NCBI GenBank assembly: GCA_016215105.1
Contig: JACRLJ010000052.1
Span: 3,847 to 67,846, forward strand
Source: Candidatus Hydrogenedentota bacterium
GTDB taxonomy: Bacteria > Hydrogenedentota > Hydrogenedentia > Hydrogenedentales > SLHB01
DNA length: 64,000 nt
Reading direction: 5' to 3'
Shown here: positions 9,832 through 20,413 of the stretch, one piece after another
How the letters are laid out: every line of letters begins with the position of its first letter
Numbering within the stretch: the stretch's first letter is position 1
The notes under the pieces: generated by a model
Told to the model about the DNA's origin: nothing
The model's input: the letters and a program-made list of their open reading frames with translations, nothing else
The model's database searches: none
Program-made: the position numbers and the translations under genes

Positions 9832-11796
9832 GTGGCAAGACAGAAAGGAGTCGAGGCGTTGCTGCAAGTACTTGCGGTGCTGTGCGCCTTAGCAAACGGC
9901 GCAGCCGCTCGCGTCGCGTCCAATCCGGCCGCAGACTCGTCGGCATCCTCGGCGAACCTGCATATTTTCGGCGTCGAGATTGGTGGCCCCGAAGACGGCT
10001 TTTCGCTGACTGACAAGGCGGCCTTCGAATCCGCTAAAGCCCTGGGCGCTCGCTCGATTGATCTCCGGCCCGTCTGGTCCGTCCTTGAACCGGCGCCAGG
10101 GGTCTATGACTGGTCCACTTTGGACACGGCCCTGGCGCATGCACGGGCAGTAGACTTACCGGTCACCATTACGCTGCGCTTTTTTGACGATCAGGTTCCC
10201 GCGTGGTTCGCGGACGAAAACATGATTGACCAGAACGGAGAGACATTCAGCGGGTACGGTTTCAAAGGGGTTCACCGGTCCCCATCGTATTGGGGCCCCA
10301 CGGCCCGGCCGGCCTACCTCCGCCTGGTTGATGCGCTCGTGCGACGATATCGCGGAAACTCCAGCATTTGCGCGTGGCAATTCTTCTACGGCTACAACGA
10401 TTCGTTCTATATGGGTATGTGGAACGGGAAGCAAACCGTCTACGACTACTCGGAGTTCTCACAGGAACACTACCGACTCTATCTGCGGCGGCAGAAACAT
10501 CTTTCCCTGAGGGGAGTCAATGAGCGTTACGGCGCTTCGTACAAGCGATGGGATGAATTGCGTCAACCGCGACCGTTGTTTGGGGAATTGAATGTAACCC
10601 GCGCGTGGCACGACTTTCAGGATTACCGCATGTGGAGCATCGCTTGCATGTTCGACGATATGGACCAATCGGTAAGGACTCTCGACAAACGTCCTTTGAT
10701 TATGTACTACGGCGGGTCGCCGCACTTTGCCGCCCACCAGTTGAGCGTCTATGACGTCGGGCTTCGACTGTTGAAGAAACACGGTGGGATGCTTGACGTC
10801 ACATGCTTTGAAGATCCCGTGCCCGCCGAAGTCGGAACCGGCATCGTCCGAAGCTACGGAGTCACGCCAATGGCCGAGGCGTGGCAGGTGCCACCGCCCT
10901 TGAAGGATTTCCGGCGGCTATTCTTCAATATGTTTGCACAGGGGGTTACGTCATACCAGCTTGTGGGAAGTTGGAAGAAGTTGGAGGCTTCACCTGAGGA
11001 GTTCAGTCGCACAGCGGAAGTCTTCGACGAAATGGCGGACGCAAAGCCTATCCGTGCGCCCGTAGCGGGTCTCATTTCGTATCGGAGCATTCTATCCTGC
11101 ATCCCAGCGCGTCCCTATATTAACCCTACGCTGGCGATGATCCCCAAACTTCAGGAGAACCAGTATTCTCTCGATTGGCATTCTGATATGAGTCCTCTGG
11201 ACGACTTGAGCACGTATCCCGCGCTGCTTGACGCGAACTCGGAAGTGCTTGAGCGGCGCGTTGTCGAGCGCCTTGAGCGTTACGTCAAGCACGGTGGCCG
11301 GCTCGCGTTGCTCAGCCGCTCGGGAAAATACGTCTTGGAGAGTGGCCGGCCCGACTACGTGTTGCTGGAGCGATTGCGGTGTCCGGAGCCCAACAACGCC
11401 GGGTTAGTGTCGTGGTCGTACGGGAAAGGCCACGTACTGCGCCTGGGCGCCGATCCCGACTGGTCAACAGCGGAAGGCGTGAATACCCTGCTGAGAATCA
11501 TGGAATGGCTTCAGGTAGCGCGCCCCGTTACCGCCACCCCTGGCACGCTGGCGGCAGTATCCGGTAACTCACGCAAAGAGGTATTCGTGGCGCTGTTTTC
11601 GCCGGGCGCCGAGCCGGCCGAATCGGTATTCACGATTCGTCCGGGTATTCTCGATCCCGCTCGCCATTACCGCGCATCCAGCCTGTTTGCTCCCGAGACA
11701 GAACCGAAGTCATTGACCGCAACCGAGGCCGAGGCGGGCGTCAAATTGACGTTCGCGCCGTACGAACTCAAGCTTCTAAAGTTGTCGGCGGAATAG
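9832..11796 (+). CDS. GH42-like beta-galactosidase-family protein
   Basis: WSVLEPAPGVYDWSTLD, VPAWF, DYSEFSQEHYR..LRGVNERYG, WHDFQDYR; trimerisation-like domain YVKHGGRL. Confidence 0.7.
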   Translation: MARQKGVEALLQVLAVLCALANGAAARVASNPAADSSASSANLHIFGVEIGGPEDGFSLTDKAAFESAKALGARSIDLRPVWSVLEPAPGVYDWSTLDTALAHARAVDLPVTITLRFFDDQVPAWFADENMIDQNGETFSGYGFKGVHRSPSYWGPTARPAYLRLVDALVRRYRGNSSICAWQFFYGYNDSFYMGMWNGKQTVYDYSEFSQEHYRLYLRRQKHLSLRGVNERYGASYKRWDELRQPRPLFGELNVTRAWHDFQDYRMWSIACMFDDMDQSVRTLDKRPLIMYYGGSPHFAAHQLSVYDVGLRLLKKHGGMLDVTCFEDPVPAEVGTGIVRSYGVTPMAEAWQVPPPLKDFRRLFFNMFAQGVTSYQLVGSWKKLEASPEEFSRTAEVFDEMADAKPIRAPVAGLISYRSILSCIPARPYINPTLAMIPKLQENQYSLDWHSDMSPLDDLSTYPALLDANSEVLERRVVERLERYVKHGGRLALLSRSGKYVLESGRPDYVLLERLRCPEPNNAGLVSWSYGKGHVLRLGADPDWSTAEGVNTLLRIMEWLQVARPVTATPGTLAAVSGNSRKEVFVALFSPGAEPAESVFTIRPGILDPARHYRASSLFAPETEPKSLTATEAEAGVKLTFAPYELKLLKLSAE

Positions 11797-11937
11797 TCTC
11801 CTCGACCAACAACACGTATCCCGTAGATTGCGACAAACTCGCCAATCAAACATCCGCTTCGTCACACGAGGCCTTAGCTTGCCACCGACAAGCGATAGGC
11901 GCGGCCAAGTGACTCAGAACGGCCGTGTTAACGATTA

Positions 11938-12059
11938 GGAATCCGGCCAGAAAGTTGGCTTCTTGACGCCGCGCGGCCAGAAAGCATCTGTAAGCTATTC
12001 AATACCATCGCTGGCTCGTGCGGAGTTTTGCTATGCGGAGGCTTTCTGGCCGCGCCTCT
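11938..12059 (+). repeat. Dispersed ~120-bp palindromic repeat, copy 1 (MITE/REP-like)
   Basis: Aligns to the reverse complement of 33060-33183; internal IR GCGCGGCCAGAAAGC (11971-11985) / GCTTTCTGGCCGCGC (12041-12055). Confidence 0.8.
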
Positions 12060-12555
12060 AGCCGACGGACGTCGAAAACGTGAAGACCGTTGGAGTCAAC
12101 GCCACGCCATCAGCGCTCTTGAAGTTTCGGTGCGACGGCGAATTCAGTCCGAACCGATAACTCCAATTGGGCTTGAGCGCGACCGGAAGCACGCACGTCT
12201 TCCGATCCGGCGTCCAGTACGGTTTCGCGCCTGGAGGTCCTGACGGGAAATTGGCGCCGCCGCCGGTCCAAGAGAAGCCGCCGCCCATGGGCACGTTAAA
12301 CGTAACGCGAATCTCGGTGATCCGCGGGTCGACGTTCGTCGCTCCGTTTATGGGTGTGGAAGTCACAATCGCCGGACCCGCTCCAGGAACCACCGGCGCC
12401 GCAACCGGAGCCGGCGGGGCAACTACTGGCGGCGGGGAAGCCGCAGGAACCGGGGCTGACTCGCTCGACTTCGGTCCGGACATGGCGGAAATGACCAAGG
12501 GCAACGCCAGTATCACGGCTACGACGCACACAAGCGCGATGGCGAATTTGCTCAT
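12058..12555 (-). CDS. Membrane-anchored single Ig-like (Big_5-type) domain protein
   Basis: N-terminal TM, Pro/Ala linker, PAIVTSTPINGATNVDP..IRVTFNVPM; paralogous to both C-terminal domains of the adjacent M56 protein. Confidence 0.75.
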   Translation of the reverse strand: MSKFAIALVCVVAVILALPLVISAMSGPKSSESAPVPAASPPPVVAPPAPVAAPVVPGAGPAIVTSTPINGATNVDPRITEIRVTFNVPMGGGFSWTGGGANFPSGPPGAKPYWTPDRKTCVLPVALKPNWSYRFGLNSPSHRNFKSADGVALTPTVFTFSTSVG

Positions 12556-12582
12556 GATTCGTCTCTCCTAAGCGGAATCCCG

Positions 12583-14358
12583 CTACTTTCCAGTCGAAAA
12601 AGTCCACTCGACGGGTTGCAGTGGAATGCCATAGGAACTCTGGAAATTCACATGACTTGGGCTGTTCAATCCGACGCGGTATTTCCAATCCGGCTTGAGC
12701 TTGACTGGCAACGTGCAAGTCTTCTTGTCGTCACTCCATGATGGCGCGCCGGCTGTCTCCGGATAGTTCTCACCGCCTCCTGTCCACGAGAACCCGCCGC
12801 CCATCGCGCGGTCGAATGTCACCACCAACTTGTCCAACGCCGGGCTGACACCACTGGCGCCACGTTCAGGGTTCATGGAGACTACATTCGGCGGTTTGAG
12901 CGCGCCGGCAAGCGAGGGATCGCCGCCTTTCGTGACGAACGCGATAACTTGGGGACGTACTGGCGCACCGGCGACACTCCGGAAATTGCGATGCGACTTT
13001 GAATTGATACCCAACCGATAAACTTTGCCGGATTCCAGTTTGACCGGAAGTTCACAAGTCCGCGCGTCCACCCATCTCGGCTTTCCAGTCGTCTCTGGAA
13101 AGAGCGGAGGGCCTCCGGTCCATGAGAAACCCTGAGCCATGTCCACGTTGAATGTGACGCGGATGGCGCTTAAGGCGGGGTCTACGTCGCTAGCCCCATT
13201 CGCCGGCTGACTAGACGTGATCGCGGGCGTATCCACAGGCGAAGGCGGCGGCGCTGCGGCCTCAGCCGGAGGCACGTCCGCGGCCAACGTTGTAGGCGTC
13301 CACACGGTCATGGGAAGTAGTAGAACCGCCAGCAACGCTACGGCCACTGCGGACACGCGCCCCATACGCCGGGGGCGAGCGGCGTCGGCGGCGGATCGCA
13401 CGCGATGCAGCAGGTTGTCCGCGATTTCCAGTATGCCTAGAAATCCAGCCCCCGCCGGGGCAGTCTCGTCAAAATTCTCCGCCATGCGGATAATTGTGGA
13501 GGCGTAGTGGCGCCCTTCCTGGCGCGTCGTGTACAACACGGTATCGTCGCTTGCCATTTCGCGTTCCCTCCTAAGGTTGAATTGCGCGAGCCACACCGCC
13601 GGGTGAAACCAATAGAGACTCAGTAACAACGCAGTAAGCCATCCCAGCGGGATATCGTTACGCTTAATATGAGCCAACTCATGCCCGATCACGTCGCACA
13701 ATTCGTTGTGCGACAGGCCGCCTACGAGCAATTCCGGAAGCACTATGGTCGGACGCCAAACCCCCATTACAGCGGGAATCTTCAATTGACCACTTACGCA
13801 GATGCGGAAATCACGCGATAGCTCCAGGCGATCCGCGATACCGCGAGCAAGATTGTGTAATTCGGCCGGCGCCGGATTAAGGTTGCTGAGGACTCGCGAG
13901 CGGTATCTCCAAGCTTGAACCGCGATTGTCGCGGACATGATCAGCGCTCCGCACAACCAGACCACCATTACAGTTACTGGCGTGGAGGGCAGAATAGAAG
14001 GCAATAGTTGAGGCGCAGTCGCGCCAAACTGCGACTCCTTCGAGTCGGTGGTATTCGGCGTCTCGCCGCCGGCGCCGTCCATCAGAAGTCCCGTTGCGCC
14101 ATCGCGCAAGATCTCAATTGGCGCAACGCGATCTATCAAGGACGCGGCCGACCATGGAGCCGAGAGGGATGGCGGCAACACCAGCTTAATGAAGACCAAT
14201 AGCCACAGCGCGTGACGCAACGACGCGCTGGATTTTGGAGCGAGCCGCGCAATTGCCCAGATGATCCCCGCGAGCACTGCGACCTGAATACTCATCAACA
14301 GCATCCAGTTCGCCCAATACCCCGCTGCGGGCGCCATTACTGAATCGTAGAACCCCAT
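12583..14358 (-). CDS. BlaR1/MecR1-like M56 metallopeptidase with two extracellular Ig-like (Big_5) domains
   Basis: RHALWLLVFIKLVLPP, PAVMGVWRPTIVLP, HELAHIKRND (HExxH), YWFHPAVW, REREMASDD. Confidence 0.9.
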   Translation of the reverse strand: MGFYDSVMAPAAGYWANWMLLMSIQVAVLAGIIWAIARLAPKSSASLRHALWLLVFIKLVLPPSLSAPWSAASLIDRVAPIEILRDGATGLLMDGAGGETPNTTDSKESQFGATAPQLLPSILPSTPVTVMVVWLCGALIMSATIAVQAWRYRSRVLSNLNPAPAELHNLARGIADRLELSRDFRICVSGQLKIPAVMGVWRPTIVLPELLVGGLSHNELCDVIGHELAHIKRNDIPLGWLTALLLSLYWFHPAVWLAQFNLRREREMASDDTVLYTTRQEGRHYASTIIRMAENFDETAPAGAGFLGILEIADNLLHRVRSAADAARPRRMGRVSAVAVALLAVLLLPMTVWTPTTLAADVPPAEAAAPPPSPVDTPAITSSQPANGASDVDPALSAIRVTFNVDMAQGFSWTGGPPLFPETTGKPRWVDARTCELPVKLESGKVYRLGINSKSHRNFRSVAGAPVRPQVIAFVTKGGDPSLAGALKPPNVVSMNPERGASGVSPALDKLVVTFDRAMGGGFSWTGGGENYPETAGAPSWSDDKKTCTLPVKLKPDWKYRVGLNSPSHVNFQSSYGIPLQPVEWTFSTGK

Positions 14359-14435
14359 ACATATCACCCCGCGCCGCGATCCCAGCCGCGGCGTCCTGCG
14401 CCGGCGCAACTGCCCGGCGCGCGTTCGGCGACACC

Positions 14436-14849
14436 CTATTTCATCCCGGATTCCTTCGTGCGCGATCGCGCTGCGCGCGTCAACTCTGCCTTCAGAGTCT
14501 GCAGCTCCTCGTCACTTACCTGCTCTACGAATTGCGCAAAGAACGGGGACGTGGCCCCATCGAATACCCGCCGGATGAAGGAGTGTGTCGCTTCGCGAGA
14601 CATTTCGTTGCGGTTGAACACTGGCCGGTACAGATACGAATTTCCAATCTGATCGTACGCGATGGCCCCCTTCTTCACGAGCCTCGCCAGCATCGTCTTT
14701 ACGGTCTTATAGGCCCAACCGTACTTGTCCGGAATCTTCTCGTAGATGTCGCGCGCCGCCATCGGCCCGTGTTTCCACAAGGGCTTCATGACCTCCCATT
14801 CCATCTCAGAAAGCCGCGGCGCTTCTGGCGGGTTCTCTTGTTTACTCAT
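14436..14849 (-). CDS. BlaI/MecI/CopY-family repressor
   Basis: LSEMEWEVMKPLW..WAYKTVKTMLARLVKKG..YLYRP..FIRRVFDG; start chosen from RBS GGAGGA. Confidence 0.93.
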   Translation of the reverse strand: MSKQENPPEAPRLSEMEWEVMKPLWKHGPMAARDIYEKIPDKYGWAYKTVKTMLARLVKKGAIAYDQIGNSYLYRPVFNRNEMSREATHSFIRRVFDGATSPFFAQFVEQVSDEELQTLKAELTRAARSRTKESGMK

Positions 14850-14884
14850 CGCATACATCCTCCGGCTATTGCCTACACTAGGGG

Positions 14885-14914
14885 ATTATAGCCTACATAT
14901 GTAGGCGATGTCAA
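14885..14914 (-). promoter_or_regulatory. Consensus sigma-70 promoter with a BlaI-type operator in the spacer
   Basis: Minus strand TTGACA-18nt-TATAAT; perfect palindrome GCCTACATATGTAGGC (14891-14906) containing TACA-N2-TGTA. Confidence 0.9.
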
Positions 14915-14990
14915 GCGGTTTTCTTCAAAGAACGCAGCCAAAGGGGACCGCAGGATCGAACGCGCGCGAGCACGGGCATCTGAAGTCCCT

Positions 14991-16334
14991 TTAGAAAAGG
15001 GGGCGTTCGACGGCTTCACACATGCGTTCGAGGGTGAAGTATTGCGTGACGACGCGGGTGAGGTCTTCGGGTCTTACGGCGGCAATCTGCGCGGGAACAT
15101 TGGGCAACGGCTCGCCGCCGGTGTAGAGGAAGGCCAGGGATTCCAGCCAGTGCCTCCAACCTCCGTTGCCTTCGATGGCGAGGGCCCATTTTCCGCGGAG
15201 AGAGGTCTTGGCATCTTCGACTTTTTGGTAATCAATATCACCCTTGCGAATCTGGTCAATTTGATCTTGCATGACTTTTTCGACTCGCTTCAGGCTGGAA
15301 CGCTTGGCCTTGGCAAGCAAGGCGAGAAAGCCGGAGTCACTGTAGAATTGACCGTCCGCGCCGATGTAATAGGCGATGCCTTCATCGAAGTGGAGTTGTT
15401 TCAGGAGGCTTTGCCGCAGCAGTTCACACAGAACGTTGAGCGCCGGACGATCTGGGTCTTTGCCTCCAACAGTACGCGACGCGAGAATGACGGTCCCCGG
15501 TGATCCTGGCGCGGAGCGGCGCACCATAGCGTGGCGCGGGGCGTGCATGGGCAGCGCTGGCGCTTCGGGCGCCACCAACGCAGGTCCTTGAGAGACGCCG
15601 GCGAAAAAGGTATTGCAGGCGCTGTCGAGCCGAGCGCGTTCAACGGCGCCGACGACGATGAGCACGGAATTGTTGGGAAGGTAGCGGGTCTTGTGGAGTT
15701 CGAGCACGTCTTCCCGGGTTATGGACGCGAGGGTCCTGTCTTCTCCGATAGTTGGATAAGCGAGAGGCGAGCCGGGGAATAACGTCTTCTCAATATCGCG
15801 AGTGATGTCGCCGCTGAGACCGATCCGTTCAAGCTTGCGACCGATCCAGGGGGTTTTGCCGCCTTTTTCTTCAAAGATGACGCTGCGCACCTTATCCATC
15901 TTTTCGGCCGGGAAGGTCGGGTGAAACGCCAGTTGGGAAAGCCATTCTGTGGCGGTCTCGAATTCGGCGACAGGCATGTGCGCCCAGAAGACCGTTCGTT
16001 CTTCACGGGTTTCCGCGTTCCATACGCCGCCACGGGCGGAGATGATCTCGACCATCTTGCCCTGGCCTTCGTTGTATCGTTCCGTGCCTTCAAAGCAGGC
16101 GTGTTCAACGAAGTGCGACAGGCCCTTCTGCTTCGGCGCCTCGAAGCGCGAGCCGGCGCAGACGACCAAAGAGACGGCCACGGACTGGCTTTCGGCGCGA
16201 TGGAGATACCAGATTTCGAGGCCGTTGTCGAGCGTGAATCGGGTCACGGGAACAGGCGGCAATTCCTCGCCGAATGCGGCGAACACCAGTGACGAGACAA
16301 ATGCGCAGAGTACGAGAATTGAACGTGGTTTCAT
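14991..16334 (-). CDS. M16 (insulinase/pitrilysin) family zinc peptidase, secreted
   Basis: TLDNGL..AGSRFE..GLSHFVEH (inverted HxxEH), YLPNNSVLIVVG. Confidence 0.92.
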   Translation of the reverse strand: MKPRSILVLCAFVSSLVFAAFGEELPPVPVTRFTLDNGLEIWYLHRAESQSVAVSLVVCAGSRFEAPKQKGLSHFVEHACFEGTERYNEGQGKMVEIISARGGVWNAETREERTVFWAHMPVAEFETATEWLSQLAFHPTFPAEKMDKVRSVIFEEKGGKTPWIGRKLERIGLSGDITRDIEKTLFPGSPLAYPTIGEDRTLASITREDVLELHKTRYLPNNSVLIVVGAVERARLDSACNTFFAGVSQGPALVAPEAPALPMHAPRHAMVRRSAPGSPGTVILASRTVGGKDPDRPALNVLCELLRQSLLKQLHFDEGIAYYIGADGQFYSDSGFLALLAKAKRSSLKRVEKVMQDQIDQIRKGDIDYQKVEDAKTSLRGKWALAIEGNGGWRHWLESLAFLYTGGEPLPNVPAQIAAVRPEDLTRVVTQYFTLERMCEAVERPLF

Positions 16335-16344
16335 AGAGCCCCCC

Positions 16345-17556
16345 TTAGATTCGCAGGAAGATTTTGCGCCGATACATCCAGAACAGGATAAGCCACATGG
16401 TGAGCAAGACGGCGGCGCCGTGAAAAAACGGCTCGTAGCCGGCGCCGAGGAATTTGAAGAAGTCTTGTCCGAGGAAGGTCTTGAGATTAGTTCCTATGAA
16501 GCCTCGGAGGGTTTCGGTGAGGCAGTACGCCGCGATTGAATTCATGCCAATGACGGTAAGCGGGAAGGTCCATTGCTTCACCTGAGCCCAGTCGATTACG
16601 GCGTAGAAGACGGCGAGCAGAAGTAAGCACCATCCGCCGCTGAACAGGGTCCAACTTGGAGTCCAGATCTTCTTGACAACGGGGCAGATACCGAGCGCGC
16701 CCAAATTCCAGCCGACGGCGAGCGTCACGAGTCCTGTGATGGCGAGCCATCGAACCTTCTCGTACGGTGAACGTTCACTACGGAGCACGTTGCCTCCAAG
16801 GAGACCGAGGATCATTGTGCCCAGGGTGGGAATGAAGCTAAGCGTGGAGTAGCCGCCGCCGTTACGAATGAAGGTCTCCTTGCGAGGGAATAGGTTGAGG
16901 AACCAGGTGTCGAAGGCCCACGCAAGATTGGTATTGAGATTCCAGTGCGCGGCGAATCCTGTCGCGTTGTACTTCCAATCGGGCGTCAAGCCGATCTTGG
17001 CCCAGTTGAAGTTAGGGCCGGGCAAGGGATAGAGCGCGAACGCCAACCAGTAACCAACGAGCAGCGCGGCCAATGCGCCCCATTGCGCGCGCTGTGATCC
17101 GAATCCGAGAAGGAAGAGAAAGCCATAGCCGAGGCCGATTTGAGAAAGCGTGTCCTCGAAAGTCCAATTGGTTTGGACAGCGCTATTCGAGCGTAGCGCG
17201 ACGCCGAGTAGGACAAGCACAAGCGCGCGCCAGAACGCGTGCAGGGTAAGACGCGCCTTGGACTGGCCCTTGGCGAGCCGGGCAGCGATGGAGAACGGTA
17301 ACGCGACGCCGACAATAAAGGTAAAGGACGGTTGGATTAGATCGTGCAAGTGACAGCCGAGCCATTCGACGTGGGACTGGTGCGTCGCGAGGAACTTCCA
17401 AAATGCGCTGGACGGGAACGCTTCGTACACACGGTTGAAGTGAAGCACTTCCGCCATCAACAGGAACATTACAAATCCGCGGTAAGCGTCCAGCGACACC
17501 AAACGCGCCGGTTCGGACTGGGACGGGGGCTGAGGTATTTTCTGTTTGACACTCAC
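16345..17556 (-). CDS. DUF5009 / heparan-alpha-glucosaminide N-acetyltransferase-like membrane protein
   Basis: [44 protein letters not shown]; many TM helices; GTG start inferred. Confidence 0.85.
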   Translation of the reverse strand: MSVKQKIPQPPSQSEPARLVSLDAYRGFVMFLLMAEVLHFNRVYEAFPSSAFWKFLATHQSHVEWLGCHLHDLIQPSFTFIVGVALPFSIAARLAKGQSKARLTLHAFWRALVLVLLGVALRSNSAVQTNWTFEDTLSQIGLGYGFLFLLGFGSQRAQWGALAALLVGYWLAFALYPLPGPNFNWAKIGLTPDWKYNATGFAAHWNLNTNLAWAFDTWFLNLFPRKETFIRNGGGYSTLSFIPTLGTMILGLLGGNVLRSERSPYEKVRWLAITGLVTLAVGWNLGALGICPVVKKIWTPSWTLFSGGWCLLLLAVFYAVIDWAQVKQWTFPLTVIGMNSIAAYCLTETLRGFIGTNLKTFLGQDFFKFLGAGYEPFFHGAAVLLTMWLILFWMYRRKIFLRI

Positions 17557-17775
17557 GGTTTGTGATCCTGCCCTGTGCGTTAGAAGCCGTTTTGAATCTG
17601 CCCTGGCCGAGGAGGCCGGCACGCGCGTCAATCTATACGGGGCGGCGAGCGCAGTCAAGAATCGAATTCGGCGGCCAGATGAAAGCAGCCTCGCCGTTTG
17701 ACGGAGTTTGGGCTGCGTCAGATAATGGGGGTACTGAATTTGGCTGATCCTGACCGTCATAACGGAGGGACGAAC

Positions 17776-18315
17776 GTGAGCACACAATGTTCTCCCTATA
17801 GCACTATGAGCGAACGCGCGTTCATCGGGTACACGCTCGGCTACACGATGAACTGGATCATTGACGCGTTCTGCGCCATCCCGGATGAGTGGCTCTGCCG
17901 CAGCCCCCATCCAGGTGTCAACGCGCCTGGATGGATCTTCGGCCATATCGCCGTGACCGAGCGCAGACATGTTGGCATGGTCTTAGAAGGCGTGGATGAC
18001 ATTCCCAAGCCGCTTCGCTTGTTCCATGCCGGCGCGCGGCCGGGCGAGACCGAGATAGCGGCCGCCATCGAATCGAAAGAGCAACTGGTTGAGTACTGGC
18101 GCACCGTCCGGCAGCAAACCGAATGTTATCTGGAACGTATCAGAGACGACGATCTGAGCGGCGTCCCCTCTTGCGCCTGTCTTAGTCCGGACGATCCCAA
18201 CCGCCAGAATCCCCGCCGCGAGTGGCTCGTTATGACGATCCATCACCAGAACTATCACTGGGGACAACTCGGCGTAATTAGCGGATTGCTTGGCAATCGG
18301 AAGGGTGCAGGATGA
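17776..18315 (+). CDS. DinB/YfiT-family protein
   Basis: [14 protein letters not shown] and [10 protein letters not shown] His motifs; RBS GGAGG. Confidence 0.85.
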   Translation: MSTQCSPYSTMSERAFIGYTLGYTMNWIIDAFCAIPDEWLCRSPHPGVNAPGWIFGHIAVTERRHVGMVLEGVDDIPKPLRLFHAGARPGETEIAAAIESKEQLVEYWRTVRQQTECYLERIRDDDLSGVPSCACLSPDDPNRQNPRREWLVMTIHHQNYHWGQLGVISGLLGNRKGAG

Positions 18316-18770
18316 AGCGACGCCGGTTCCTGGATTGCCTCGGGGGCGGGTGCGTCCTTGCCGTTACGGCTTGTACCACCAATCGGGGAAAGAGGAAAGG
18401 AGACGCCATGAAGGAACATGATCTGGACGAAGACGCGCTGAGGCAAGCAGGTTGGGACCTTTCTGTGTGCGGACTCAACTGTTTGAAGTGCCAGGTGCTC
18501 GAACGGGGCGAGTGCGCCGGATGCAGAGGGCCGATTGATAAGCACTGGAGCGGAGACTGCCAGTTCCTTCCTTGCGCCAATGCCAAGGGGCATCGCTATT
18601 GTTTCGAGTGTGACAGCTTCCCATGCGATAACCTCGAAGCGTTCGCCACAGACGCGTACGAACATCATCGGATCACCGTGGAAAACATGAAAGCGATGAG
18701 AGCGGAAGGACTAAAGAACTGGATTGCCCGGCAGCCCAAGCCCATGTTCTGCCCCGGCTGGCGGCTATAA
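18312..18770 (+). CDS. DUF3795 Cys-rich metal-binding protein (alternative start 18408)
   Basis: CGLNCLKC..CAGCRG..C..C..CFECDSFPC. Confidence 0.8.
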   Translation: MKRRRFLDCLGGGCVLAVTACTTNRGKRKGDAMKEHDLDEDALRQAGWDLSVCGLNCLKCQVLERGECAGCRGPIDKHWSGDCQFLPCANAKGHRYCFECDSFPCDNLEAFATDAYEHHRITVENMKAMRAEGLKNWIARQPKPMFCPGWRL

Positions 18771-18851
18771 CAAGAAGTTCAGAAACGGAGTCTCTAGCGT
18801 AGTCTATTCTCCTTCGGGACGAGTTCCGCACTCCTGAAAGGGTCCCGATAG

Positions 18852-19444
18852 TCAGCGGCCTGACGCTACAGGCTTGCTGGTGATCAACCCGATTCCCCGC
18901 CCGTCCTTCCCGCAAGCGCAGTAGTACAAATAGTAGGTATCGTCTGCGGGGTTGTAGACCAGCGAAATCTTGTGCTCGTATTGCTTATCGTGGCCGGAAG
19001 GATTTCCGCCGGCCTTGTAGAGGGGTTCGGGGTGCGCGGTCCAGTGGAGCAGGTCACGGGAGAAGGCGATCATGATGTGGGCGCCTCCCTTGCCTACTCC
19101 GAAGTAGAAAATGGTCCAGTGATCGCCGTCGCGAAAGACTTTGGGGTCGGACGCGAACTGCTCATCGTAGCCGCCCTTGCGCACGGGCACGACGGGTTTG
19201 GCTGTGTGGCGGGTCCAGTCCTGGAGAAAGGAGGGTTGAGTGAGGTCATGGAGATGACATCCGAGCCAATCGACGTGGGACTGGTGCGTGCCCAGGAACT
19301 CCCATAAACGGTTTCCCGGGAATGCTTTGGCAACCTCTCTGAAGCGGAGCACTTCCGCCATGAGCAGGAACATCACAAATCCGCGGCAGGCGTCCAGGGA
19401 GGCTAGACGCGACTGAGGCGGAGGAGTCTTCTGCTGACAGTCAC
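18852..19444 (-). pseudogene. Chimeric pseudogene: 5' part of a DUF5009 paralogue fused in frame to the 3' end of the 21300 glycosidase
   Basis: HDLTQPSF|LQDWTRHTAKP junction near 19222; 18875-19221 is about 95% identical to 21314-21660 (manual count); 1-nt loss just after the GTG start. Confidence 0.85.
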
Positions 19445-19707
19445 AGGTTCAGTCCAGCGTTGCGGGTACGATGTTCGACAATTTATACGGCACCGCGCGC
19501 GCTGTCAAGACTTGCGGTCGGTTTCAAGGCATTCGCCAGACATAACGTGTCCCGGCGAAAAGAGACAGAACAACCCGCTTGAGTGTTACTCTGTCGGGTA
19601 ACCAAATCGCGCCGACTTTGGTATGATCGCAATTGACGGGAAAGAATTGTACGCGATTTCTCGGGGTCCGGACTTCTTGCGGTCCGGCGCCCATCCGGAG
19701 GCTGGAT

Positions 19708-20206
19708 ATGGATACCGGGAAGCCAACGCTCTACATCGTTACAACCGTTCCGAGCTATCTACCTGCTCGCGATTCGACGGATGTAGTGCTGTTGGGACAT
19801 CAACATATCACGCTTGAGTGGTGGCGTCTGCATCTGCCCATGTACGAAGCGTTTGTTTCCAGCCTTGTCCACGACGAGGCCGGACAAGGAGACCCCGATG
19901 CCGTAGCGGCGTATATGGAGCTTATTGCGCCTTCTCCGGTGTTGGAGGTGACTCCCGAACCCCTCGAACTGGCAGAGGTGTACATCCAAAAAGATGCTGC
20001 TGCCAGGGAATGCTGGTCTGGACGCCCTGCATTTGGCCGTGGCCACACTCGATGGAATGGACTACCTGGTTACCTGGAATTGCCGGCACATTGCCCGTGG
20101 TTCCGTTAAGCGCCGCATGCAGGACATTAACAAAGCCCGTGGTCTGTCTACGCCAAACATCTGTACGCCGGAGGAGTTGCTCTATGAAAACCAAGACCTG
20201 GGCTGA
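19708..20206 (+). pseudogene. PIN-domain (VapC-like) toxin gene, frameshifted
   Basis: YIVTTVPSYL..HQHITLEWW..EAGQGDP in one frame and DALHLAVAT..DYLVTWNCRHIA..ICTPEEL in the next; shift at A5 run 19988-19992. Confidence 0.8.
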
Positions 20207-20357
20207 TCCCGTCGTGCAAGAAGTGCGTGGTTGGCGCGATGCGCTCTTTCGCGAGGCCGGCTACGATCTGAAACGCTTCGGCGCGCGTGTCATGCAAGAC
20301 CAAGAGCGCCACGGAGTCAAACTTGTGCAGCGACCACCCAAAAAACAGATCGAATAG
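20184..20357 (+). CDS. Small putative antitoxin partner of the PIN gene
   Basis: MKTKTWADPVVQEVRGWRD..GYDL; RBS GGAGGAG; overlaps the PIN 3' end. Confidence 0.65.
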   Translation: MKTKTWADPVVQEVRGWRDALFREAGYDLKRFGARVMQDQERHGVKLVQRPPKKQIE

Positions 20358-20413
20358 CGCAGCCTCTTGGCAATTGACTCCATTAGTTCATTGGCGAAAG
20401 GAGGAAAGCGCCC

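Noticed and set aside
12583-14849. Beta-lactam resistance locus
   Set aside because: No beta-lactamase or penicillin-binding sensor domain; the sensor is Ig-like
17557-17970. Long N-terminal extension of the DUF5009 ORF
   Set aside because: Overlaps the divergent DinB gene and promoter; homology begins near 17556
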